Assembly: GCA_030141605.1 (NCBI GenBank)
Contig: JAQGDQ010000109.1
Location: forward strand, 372,001 to 436,000
Direction: 5' to 3'
DNA from: Tubiluchus corallicola
Taxonomy: Eukaryota; Animalia; Priapulida
Length of the DNA: 64,000 bases
The notes beneath the pieces are model-generated. The model was not told the DNA's origin, made no database searches, and worked only from the letters and a program-made list of their open reading frames with translations. Positions within the stretch are counted from its first letter, which is position 1. Each line of letters opens with the position of its first letter. Below, in pieces: positions 42,801 to 50,410 of this stretch. The position numbers were made by a program, and so were the translations under genes.

Positions 42801-45800
42801 TAGGCAAAGCTGGATTATCCTACAGGCTAGTATAGTATAGTACTGCAACTAAGCCCAAACTTTGACAACATTTGGTAAAAAATCAGTGTTTCCCCTTTGT
42901 GTTGAAATAAGTGCTAATTTGGTTTGCAATAAATAGTAAGATAATGGTATTTCTTAAAGAATATTTTTATTGACAAACAGAAGATAGCTATTCCAATTTA
43001 TTTAAAGAATTTGCAATAAGTTTACTTTAAGCTATGTAAATGCCGCTAAAATGTATCACGAGTAAAAAAAATATTCAAGACTGGCGCAGGCAAGTTAGAG
43101 GGTGGCTTCGTCAGTGGGGACCCATAATTTCATTAGCATAAGGGCCCCAAAGGGTCATAATCCGGCCCTGCCATATGTTTTTTAAGACAGTTTAAACCCA
43201 ATCCGGCCCGTGTTTACCTGCACACTTGCAGCATATCATTGCGATTTCTATTTCTCAGGTCGTAAAACGGCATGGGGAAAGATTCAGTTGCCAAAGCTAT
43301 ACGTAAAACCGCTATACCGAACACGATGCTGAGTCAATGACGAAACTGAATACAGCTTTACGACGTCTTTAAATAATAAATGCATTTGCAATGAAAAGGT
43401 TTATTGTTGCTAACGATACTGGTGATGCAATGCCTACGTTTGAGAGGTTTTTGCATTTAATGCACACGTCTATATATACTACGGACATATAACTAATGCA
43501 TATGCAGGTTTTTAGTAATATAATAGTGTCAGTTCATAGGCTGTCCATATAAATAAACTAGGATTCGCAGTTTTCTGTGCAGGCTTTTATCTTACTGCTT
43601 ATGTGGATGGGTAAAACAATTTAGTAAACAGATCGTTTATATTGTGTAACATTCTACTAATAACTGGTAAACAACTCGTAATGTCACAATCGTGGGTGGC
43701 CTTGACGATGATTACTAAAACTGGAAACCATTATGTCAGCATGATATTGTTATTATTAAAACTGATGAACATTTTCAGCATGATGTCCACTATCACACTA
43801 AATTCTGCCATAAGTGTTGACACCACAATAACCATAGCAACCGCAACCACGGCACAATACATAATGCAGAATGATTGGAGGTCATTATGTGCAAGAAACC
43901 AGTTATTAAGGGCTAATTAAAAGCACGCCATTAGTGGCTAGACGAACTTAACGTTAGATTCCAAACATTGTTCATGTAAATGAGTTCAGATCCACGGTCG
44001 CACTTACCTGTACAACGAAGAACCATCGCTGTTGCTGCAACCGCTACCGCTGCCGCCACTACTGCTAGTGAAGCTGTCGCTACTGCTGCTGCTGCTAACA
44101 GCGAAACAAAGCTAGTTAACGCAAGTAGGTGCTACATTAAGCAAACGTTGTACAATTCGGAAAATCTAAATCCAACATTCACCAGCGGGTCCTAATCAAA
44201 TTAGATGGTCGTGACGAGACTGGAACCTAACTAATTATCAAGATTATGCCTCTAAGATGAGCCATTGAACCAGTAGGGGTGTCTTAGCCGTGTACAACCA
44301 CAGGGAGAGCTAAAGCGGTGCACCCATCCCCTAAATGATCCATTAATTGACCTTGGGGCCATTGTTAACCTCGGTCCCCAGCGAGACGCCGTAACTACTC
44401 AGCCATACACCCTGCTTTGCTGAGTATTGGGGTTTAACTGGGCTCTCCCGGCCCTGGCCCCGTCGTGTAGCACCAAAATCGACGTATTTTTCACGAACTT
44501 TCGCTACAACTCTGCAATCAGGCACCAAACAGCTGGAGGAGTACTGCTATTTTAAATTTTCAAACAAGTTGATACGATATTAGATGTAGCTAATTTGAAA
44601 GCCAGGCAACAGAAATGAGTGATGTTTTACGAGAATCCGGGAGGAGATTGAAAACAAAATTGAGAAAACAGTGCGAGAAAATCTGGTTATCCCTGTCTAA
44701 GAATAAAATTTACCATTATTTCACAATCACTATTACGATCAATAATTTCACACAATTTCAAAAGTAAATTTGCGATTCAATTTCGTCTTGACAATTTAGT
44801 GACTCAGTCGCATCTTCCAAATAAGGCACGAAACATTTACACTAAGAAAAGGTATTTTCCATTAACAACCTCAATTCATTTAACGCGAATAGCGGTGCTT
44901 TAGTATTTGATTCATACGAAAACGTAATTACTACAGTAGTTTAATCTCTTCGCGGCAAGAAACGAGTCACGCAAACTACTTATTAAATTAGAGCATAGAT
45001 GAATAGCTAATAAGGCATTCGCCTAAAGCCCATTTCACAACGGATGACTCATGATTTTCGATTTCTTCGTGACTATATTTGCAATTTATAACACAAATTC
45101 ATTTTTTCGCAGAACCGTTTGTCCAGTCCAAGAAACCGTTTGTCATTGTCTGCCATGGACAGTACTTGTGTATTGAGTAATAATCGTTTTTAATTTTAGT
45201 CAGAGAATTGCAACAATACTATTGATTACCTGTTAAGCAAACAAGCATTTAAAATGACGATATTAATTGAGAAATGCCAAACTTTATTCTCAGTGATAAG
45301 TAAATAACAATAAAGAGTGTGTTCAGAACTTGCTATATCTATACACAAAAACACGGGTGATTGATGTTTAGAAGAAGAAACTACTGAAGAGCTATAAACT
45401 TTAATGGAAATTTCGCTAGGAAACCTTAAATTCCGCGGGGAAGCTTCACGAAAATGAAACAATTTCTAGTTCTAGTACAAGGTAATTTCTTGTGAGGGCG
45501 CTGGGAAAACATGAAGCGTGATGACGCATCTGTGTAAAATGCTCCTTAGGGAAAAAACATCGTGTTCCATTTTTGAGAGAAATCAAACAAGGAAGTGGCA
45601 ACACTTCAAATATTTGATGTCTGAAAATGGTAAATCTATTAAAAATTATGTCGGATTGCAGAGCAACTTCTAAAATTACTGTTAGTCTGAAGTCACTACT
45701 GGTAACTGAGGTGAGTTGCAGTTTACATCCAATAAGTGTTGTCATATGCTCCATAGTATCTACCTCTTTCTACCTCAGAATATTGCAAGTGACTAATGTC

Positions 45801-48525
45801 AATAGTGGTTGCTTCGCTGCAATATACTATAAACGACTAATGCCAGGGACTCAGAACAACACAGTAAGCAGTAATGAGCAACGCGAATGACTAATGTCAC
45901 ACTCATGTCTCAGTATAGCCCACAATGAAAATGACTAATACTAAAAGCGGTCATTACAATGTTAAACTTAAATTGAAATTATTAGACACAATGATAAGCC
46001 TACTGCAATGATTAAAATCACATAGGACAGATTAATTAAGTGACGCGCTGTATATAGAAAAAATTACATTAAATGTAAAAAATGACACGAATACGTCTTT
46101 ATTCACTTTCAATATACTGCAAACCGGAATCCATCACTTAATGACAGGGTTGTGACAATACCGAAACTTGGCCATTATCAACGCTGAAGTGGCGTTTACC
46201 AGACATCCGGAATGCGTATGCGTTAAACATATGTGTTATAAATAAAAATCTGTTTACATTGATTTGAATGCACCCGTTTATCAGACCTGCATTATACGTT
46301 ATTTTTTGCAGCTATTTTCCATGGACTTTTTTATACGCAGCTATTGCGCAGGTGGATAACGCATTCCGAGTGTTTTGTAAACGCCGCTTAACCCTTCACT
46401 CCTTAAACGCTTAGCGGACTTATTAGTTGTAAACACTATAGTTTCTGCAATTCTGCATGGCAACACAAAAAATGTAGAACAAAAATGTTATGTACATTTT
46501 GTAACACATCAATGGATAATTAGTCTTTTTAGGCTCAACGAATATGAGAAACATACATGTAGAAATAAACATATAAAACACATATATGACACATATAAAA
46601 TACACAAATGTAACAAATCTACATGCATAAATTTCCACTCACGGACTTACAGACTACCAGCCACCATTAATGAATAGCATTTTCTCTAAAAACTAATTAT
46701 AGAGCAACTAATTGGCCATCTGGGCTTTTAGCCACTTTTAGTCAGCGAAGTGAAACTAACGAGATTCAGTTAATCAATTTAAGCATTAACCGTCAAGAAC
46801 AAAGCTGAAAACTGTCCCTCGCGTAATTTCGCAATTTTAGAAGATATTAATTTCGTCTTTCGGTTATTAGTTACAGACAGCAGCTATGAACAGCGCGGTT
46901 AAAACTTTACGAGCTCGTCAAAACACCCGTAAAATAAAATCTTCGCTGGTTGACGCTGAAAACCAATTCACCTTTAAAAAACTATTAACTTTACATTATA
47001 AGTTTTCATGGAGTCACGCACGTTTGACAAGCGTAGTGCGCAGGCGTACGTTTACACTACTATTGTACACCAGTACTACAACAGTTACTGACTGTGATGT
47101 CTTACTATTTCTAATATAAAATTTATTGTGCGTTACCTCCTAGCAAAACCGGACCCAATCTTAAACTGCAGGTCAAAACAATCTACTCTTTAAAATACTG
47201 AAAGTGAATTCACTATTTTTTCAAAAATGACTTACGTTAAAGAATTATTACCACACAAACACAATTTCATGTTCGCGCAACTAGTTCCTCGCTGTTACAT
47301 GCATTTCGCCATTCGCTAGTTAGACGGGCACTAGTGCCTGCATTTCGTGCATACCTCTCAGTTCAGATGTGTTAGTTTCTGACGAACTACGCACGTTCGA
47401 CAGCTCATGTGTGAGCACAGCGCTAAATTTGAAATTTGCATTTTTATCTTAAAACATGCCTAGTTTTAGAACAATAGACTGAATATTTTACAGTACCTCT
47501 GTACTTCAATTTTCGCTTTCGCAAACACGTGCAACACGGTCGTAGAATATTTTTGCTGTTGAAAATTTTGTTAGTTTGTGATGTCATCAATAGTTGGGCT
47601 CACCCGCCGTTAATTAAGTTTTTAATCTATTATTTAATTATCACTTTTGCAGTATTAATTGTGTTTAAATGTATACATCGGACTTGAAAATGGGGTAATA
47701 TATGAAAAATCATCCTGTCTTTCTTTAAGTAGAATCTTTAATTAATTCCACTCAGATTATCTTATTAGAACGTTAACTAACTTGGCGTAGATAGCATTCC
47801 ACTTATTTTTACAAAAATTCTTTCCATCTGCGATGGTCGTACATTCAATAATTCTATTCCACATGAGCCACATTATAGATACAGATGTATGTTGTGCAAA
47901 AAGTACATGTATCAACAAATAGTTAACTTAAAACCATTCTACTAGGTTTGTACGTGGTTTGCTGATTACCTTTGTATCTTTCGGCCGAATGTTTGCAAGC
48001 ATTATGCAGACAAATAGTGGGCAAATAAATTATATAATTTAATTAAATTAGTTTTACAAATTCTCATTGTTCAGCGCGAGAAAACTGTTCACAACCCTAC
48101 ATATAACACCTCCTTGATTGGAAATAATTTTTTTGCATATTATACTGTCTGTTTGGTGGAAACTGGCCAAATCTTAGACTTGCGTATTACTGCCAAGCAA
48201 AAACTTAAAGAACTTTACTGTAGTGTTATAGAGGTTCAAATTTTACAGCATCTGTGATATATACATTATACACATGTGTGTGTATGTATTTTTTATCTGA
48301 AATTAAGTTATCTAATTCTCATTTTTATCTCATTTTTGTCGCGCAAAAGACGAAATTAATTTATTAACTAAACGTCATACGAATGTCGCGGAGCATGACG
48401 CAATTATGAAAATCAGACAGAATCAGATACCTGACGCCACATAGTCCTCTCTCCTCTCTGTACACTGGACTCCCTCGTATTCATTCGGACACTCGCAGAT
48501 GTTGACGGTGGAGCCATAAAAGTAC
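50..48525 (-). CDS. Adhesion G protein-coupled receptor (EGF-EGF-SEA-Ig-Ig-HRM-GAIN/GPS-7TM), 25 exons, incomplete at both ends
   Basis: Exons with AG/GT boundaries (one GC donor) join in consistent phases into one ORF of about 1010 aa. The ORF contains EGF, SEA, two Ig, HRM, GPS (WSxxGC...CxC) and secretin-class 7TM motifs (ECL2 CWL; TM7 GFFTLVCHC). Confidence 0.93.
168..320. repeat. (CT)n / C-rich polypyrimidine microsatellite
   Basis: Pure-pyrimidine tract: (CT)n flanking CCCT/CCT repeats. Confidence 0.95.
426..555 (-). CDS. aGPCR exon: TM6 and start of TM7
   Basis: TTKAGCSLITGILLCLLVTFSILYVNYEETKYGVLFATMNALF then gtaag; aag acceptor. Confidence 0.88.
736..1058. mobile_element. MITE with imperfect TIRs and internal 67-bp repeats (PIF/Harbinger-like)
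   Basis: Left end TGGTGCATTCACATGTAGAGACT resembles the reverse complement of the right end, TGACGCATTCAGACATAAAGACT. Two direct 67-bp units (about 774 and 841) and one inverted copy (about 960-1030). Flanks TAA/GAA. Confidence 0.65.
1169..1260 (-). CDS. aGPCR exon: end of TM5 and ICL3
   Basis: tttcttag|...|gtgag; VYCVLLIVTILELSQEKFSIYTSRGRRAFM. Confidence 0.9.
1536..1602 (-). CDS. aGPCR exon: ECL2 and TM5
   Basis: tttttcag|...|gtaag; CWLSLTDYRLYIFLAPAGLLLT. Confidence 0.92.
2072..2141 (-). CDS. aGPCR exon: TM4 and ECL2
   Basis: attcag|...|gtaag; TSIGLGFLVLLITQASGFGNPN; phase 1 to 2. Confidence 0.9.
2418..2568 (-). CDS. aGPCR exon: TM3 and start of TM4
   Basis: tttacag|...|gtaag; GLCIATSMFIHCGFMSAFVFLVVEALHNLLC...LLFSGWG. 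Confidence 0.92.
3489..3594 (-). CDS. aGPCR exon: TM2
   Basis: ttacag|...|gtaat; WLLDQGCTFIVFSRCIVIIIGNLFFSFGLTSINRP. Confidence 0.88.
3771..3877 (-). CDS. aGPCR exon: TM1
   Basis: tttttag|...|gtaag; MDEVKTKETNNVVLAGFTACLGCLIVTVILHVVCL. Confidence 0.9.
4205..4322 (-). CDS. aGPCR exon: GPS motif and Stachel region
   Basis: DFEWSAAGCKLLERDTRSTVCSCSKHGIYTTFYVMSNQT then gtatg; phase 2 to 0. Confidence 0.92.
7730..7782 (-). CDS. aGPCR exon: start of GPS motif
   Basis: ttttgtag|...|gtaag; VDNSERNKTCVIADLSV; phase 0 to 2. Confidence 0.83.
8137..8242 (-). CDS. aGPCR exon: GAIN B
   Basis: ttttccag|...|gtaag; MERKIGTPMVALVIDDGRRDRGNDYTITSTLRRKY; phase 2 to 0. Confidence 0.83.
8502..8586 (-). CDS. 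aGPCR exon: GAIN B (acceptor uncertain: 8576, 8586 or 8599)
   Basis: YDMFGLVSIFFRNLKKFYLLPSLN then gtaag; a CTAAC branch-like motif about 20 nt upstream favours the 8586 acceptor. Confidence 0.75.
8781..8975 (-). CDS. aGPCR exon: GAIN B (donor uncertain; exon may end at 8781, 8841 or 8866)
   Basis: tttcag|TT ATG...; MEVGRYERETFSYISFPTGRDNSEHSLPDWLLTDVT... The acceptor is clear, but three donors are possible. Confidence 0.7.
9060..9272. repeat. Degenerate (CAT/CGT)n tract plus (AT)n microsatellite
   Basis: Visible trinucleotide runs at 9060-9160 and (AT)n at about 9237-9272. Confidence 0.85.
10263..10362 (-). CDS. aGPCR exon: GAIN
   Basis: tttacag|...|gtaag; GLLQLMTTVGDYGKALSARLALNQTFAISSSAF; phase 0 to 1. 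Confidence 0.85.
10760..11160 (+). mobile_element. Degenerate Helentron/HINE-like repeat fragments
   Basis: CAGACAGAC-type microsatellite cores with 'gtgcaagtttgattgaaac' motifs typical of such invertebrate repeats; family assignment by recall only. Confidence 0.3.
11526..11585 (-). CDS. aGPCR exon: GAIN A helix
   Basis: cttgcag|...AAG|gtaggt; IFADIVSNLLESDSSVSERK (vSnLL motif); phase 0-0. Confidence 0.83.
13325..13361. repeat. (AT)n microsatellite
   Basis: Direct observation. Confidence 0.95.
14680..15105 (-). mobile_element. Degenerate LINE (CR1/L2-type) ORF1 fragment
   Basis: Minus strand reads a coiled-coil SFLDKLNKLENDQAKLEAENSRLQKEV and then RPTVVQFANKGDRTFVLNNTRRSKD...KIFIKPD, resembling the ORF1 C-terminal RP..v.F...IfI.pD pattern; stops are present. 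Confidence 0.5.
15971..16177 (-). CDS. aGPCR exon: GAIN subdomain A
   Basis: tttttcag|...|gtaca; MVSLALGYQRTNISRIFSELSY...AEGDLLVQLLGEICSY...PYSQ; phase 0-0. Confidence 0.85.
17020..17262 (-). mobile_element. Degenerate LINE ORF2 (post-RT) fragment
   Basis: Translation GLYVSDE...TSRR...FVS...LY..MY...IW loosely follows the DLG..vs...asrr...F.s...ly..yv...iW pattern. Confidence 0.35.
20382..20422 (-). ncRNA. Minimal type-I hammerhead ribozyme (Penelope-like-element type)
   Basis: Minus strand: UGUC-UUGAAAA-U-GAACAG(UAA)CUGUUC-GAAAC-CG-GUC^GGCA. Helix I UGUC/GGCA, 6-bp helix II, palindromic ACCGGU helix III, GUC cleavage triplet, U3-A8 covariant core. Confidence 0.7.
20905..20970 (-). mobile_element. 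tRNA-derived SINE head remnant
   Basis: Minus strand B-box-like GGTTCGATTCT preceded by tRNA-like arms; degenerate. Confidence 0.4.
21074..21180 (-). CDS. aGPCR exon: HRM part 2
   Basis: ttttcag|...|gtgtgt; LFRRRCLSSLTGKPSWDKPSYSACVSKKLLDIKQT (RxC...WxxPxYxxC); phase 1 to 0. Confidence 0.88.
22463..22593. repeat. (GA)n grading into (CAGAGA)n microsatellite
   Basis: Direct observation. Confidence 0.95.
22985..23045. repeat. (GA)n microsatellite
   Basis: Direct observation. Confidence 0.95.
24664..24765 (-). CDS. aGPCR exon: HRM (hormone receptor motif) part 1
   Basis: tttcag|...|gtgag; TVDFCKSEQYEGVTWGKTALNDIDVQDCPSGFSG (C...W..T...CP.G); phase 1-1. Confidence 0.9.
25800..26130 (-). mobile_element. 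Possible Tc1/IS630-like transposase N-terminal (HTH) remnant
   Basis: ILKCYKEEGVV...WG...LREGGTSVYS...KK...ER loosely matches the Tc1-type DNA-binding region; degenerate. Confidence 0.3.
26390..26990 (+). mobile_element. About 600-bp interspersed repeat, copy 1 (ends CCTGTCTTCCT-TTAA; Kolobok-like non-autonomous element)
   Basis: Colinear, highly similar copy at 47142-47728. Both end at ...CT followed by TTAA. Left TIR not recognised. Confidence 0.75.
27244..27465 (+). mobile_element. tRNA-derived SINE with Meta-SINE-like core
   Basis: A box TAACTCAATAG (27251-27261) and B box GGTTCAATTCC (27293-27303), followed by GGTCGTACCAAAAGCCTAAAAAC...TTCTTCGACCAAGCACTCG, which resembles the Meta core. 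Confidence 0.7.
29638..30006 (-). CDS. aGPCR exon: end of Ig1 plus Ig domain 2
   Basis: ttttag|...|gtaag; KYTCSV...VTCISL...YSWLKDG...ATYTCSVSNKAG; 369 nt, phase 1-1. Confidence 0.93.
30248..30487 (-). CDS. aGPCR exon: Ig domain 1 (most)
   Basis: tttacag|...|gtatg; ...LTLVCLAKGSSWIEFEWYKDD...SILDEG; 240 nt, phase 1-1. Confidence 0.92.
30493..30632. repeat. 70-bp tandem duplication next to the Ig1 exon acceptor
   Basis: AAGGTAGACGAAGGTAATTAAAAAGTTAGTGACTCAC... occurs at 30493 and 30563. Confidence 0.95.
33070..33224 (-). CDS. aGPCR exon: SEA domain part 3
   Basis: tttag|...|gtacg; PPGVTVDFHFVGDKSEESTFRSILEFIVTSPRGGLGDFNLNRQYFTFKYEP; phase 2 to 1. Confidence 0.87.
33656..33717 (-). CDS. aGPCR exon: SEA domain part 2
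   Basis: tttcag|...|gtaaa; LTDLYADFLREPTNITVIRFR; phase 0 to 2. Confidence 0.85.
35991..36094 (-). CDS. aGPCR exon: SEA domain part 1
   Basis: tttag|...|gtaag; VARFFGSFRIDLANVSFIEDSPYYKQLKKEIERL; phase 1 to 0. Confidence 0.85.
36824..36943 (-). CDS. aGPCR exon: EGF-like domain 2, GC donor
   Basis: ttttcag|...GAAG|gcaagt; ECEILGCTDKCLFQDSTGQHECACHPGYKLDYDNATCVEEG; 120 nt, phase 1-1. Confidence 0.88.
38011..38134. repeat. 61-bp tandem duplication
   Basis: CGTGCAGTATAATC... at 38011 and 38072, near-identical. Confidence 0.95.
39661..39910. repeat. Compound trinucleotide microsatellite GTT/GTTGCT/GCT/GCGGCT/GTT/ATT/ATC
   Basis: Direct observation. Confidence 0.97.
40378..41090 (-). mobile_element. 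Degenerate LINE 3' end (interrupted)
   Basis: Minus strand QRTPYVKNSAIGTKERWNCMAE* resembles the ORF2 C-terminal RT...KNS...WN motif, with an AATAAA-rich tail near 40380. Confidence 0.35.
41555..41596 (+). ncRNA. Degenerate minimal hammerhead ribozyme remnant (Penelope-like)
   Basis: CTGATGA-T-GCTCC(GTAA)GGGAA-GAGAGCTT: CUGANGA is intact, but GAAA is changed to GAGA and helix II is damaged. Confidence 0.45.
47142..47728 (+). mobile_element. About 600-bp interspersed repeat, copy 2
   Basis: Colinear with 26390-26990 and has the same right terminus followed by TTAA. Confidence 0.75.
48431..48525 (-). CDS. aGPCR exon: C-terminal half of EGF-like domain 1
   Basis: tttttacag|...|gtatc; YFYGSTVNICECPNEYEGVQCTERREDYVAS (CxCxxxYxGxxC); phase 2 to 1, fits the next exon. 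Confidence 0.85.
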
Positions 48526-50410
48526 CTGTAAAAAGCAACATCTCAATGACAATTTACAGAGTCATTCGAGCGAGATAATTCCTAATTAGTCAGCACTAAT
48601 TAACGCGCAGCATTGCTGACTGGCTGGCTTCCCATTCAAAGCTGAGGAGATTTCATGAAGCCTAAAGTATGTCGTGCGGGACGACGTTGTTTGCCCTACA
48701 TCTGTCCTTGAAAGAAATTGTTGATAAATATACTGTCATGATAAAAGCGGCGCGGCCCTGCAAAACCGCAGAACACGATATTTATGACGTCGCCTGGTTA
48801 GGGTATTAAATTTGAGAGGGCACGTTGCAAGTAATCGCTTGCTTTCAACAAAATAAAGGTTGAAACAGTATTTAAAAAATTATAGACGTCAAAAAACTCC
48901 GCCTGATGATCATAATTATCATTATCAATATCATCCACCCCAAAACACTGTCTTCGGCATTATAATTGCCTTCACTCTCACATACACTACCATCATAATA
49001 ATTATGATCACCACAATCATCACTATCATCATCAAAAACACCTAATAGTCATCACCGCCGTTATTCAGGTATAAAATTACACTGTAACAAGAGAACAGGC
49101 AAATGATCACAGACAGAAAACGATGGAATAACGTTTTTAACAAGCGCTTCATATAAGCCTGCAGGTGTCAACAAGCTTAAATCTGACTCAGAGTAAATTA
49201 GGTCTACTCACTTTCTGTTAGTGCTTCTACTACGAAGCCGTTTAAATCCAATTATATATAAATAAATAAAATTCTAATATCTCTGTCAAATAAAATTCCC
49301 TGGTTACATAATCAGCAACCGTAAATCTCCACTTGCATTAGTGTCACGGACGAACAGATGCGATAATAAAAATGATGCGATACCTAGGGCACTAGTGCAA
49401 ATGATTTTTGCATCTCTAAGGATACTACTATGCTATAATTGCCATTTCTATAAGAATAGCTAACCCTTCAGTTAGTGCAGACAATCAATTAAAGCGTTCG
49501 ACGTAACACTAATGGCCCATAAATAAAAAGTAACAATAGGGTTTTAGATTGCAAAGATAATTCCGACGTTCCACTAATGAATTATTAACATTATATATCC
49601 TATCACTGTATGATAACGTGAATACGCCAATGCAATTCCGAACACCGCCATGGATTATATAGGCTAGACGAATTACCAGAAAAGTCAGAATTTTAAGATT
49701 TTTTTAGTAATTCGTTTCTTTACTTTAATTTCAAAACCAGCCTCCGAAAGAAATTATGCCAAATATGCAATTATATTAATGTTTTAGCTAATTTTTCCTT
49801 ATAAAAACAAAGAACAAATTATTTTTATCAACTCAGACTTGCTGAATCTAAAAACCTGCTACTAGACACCAAAAAGGATGTAAACAAGTGAAACAATTCA
49901 ATCGGTAAAAAAAGTGGACGTCGGGTCCAAGACATATAGTCTAGCACAGTGGTGTAAAAATTTCTTATTTAGCATAAAAGTTGTTCGCACAATGGTGCAA
50001 ACCATCATGATGATTCATTTTGATATGGGCCAATAAAAAATCCAATATAGCCGCCATTTTCAAGATGGCCGACAAGATGGCAGTATGGAATGTTGGCAGT
50101 TTTAAACTCCATATCACACCTATTAGAACAGATAAGGTAACAATTTTGGTCTAAATTTTGGTTTTCAAGGTTAACGAATCAATATCTGATGCCTAAAAAC
50201 ACTAACCGCGTCACCTAAATTAGGATTTTAAGGCGGCTATCAATAGGGTTGCAATATATTAGCAATATTACATGTTCTAAGACAAACTGAATGATGATTT
50301 TTAGTACATAGGTATAGGATTTCAAGGCCAAGAGTTTAGGGTAGTATCCAAAACGACCGCTTTCAAGATAACCGACAAGATGGCTATTGCTAGCTTACAG
50401 AAGATATATC

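Noticed and set aside
44008-44094. Ser/Gly-rich candidate exon ending in a perfect CAG|GTAAGT donor
   Set aside because: Low-complexity triplet sequence. The Ser-rich frame ends in phase 2, which is incompatible with the phase-1 intron, and the flanking exons join without it.
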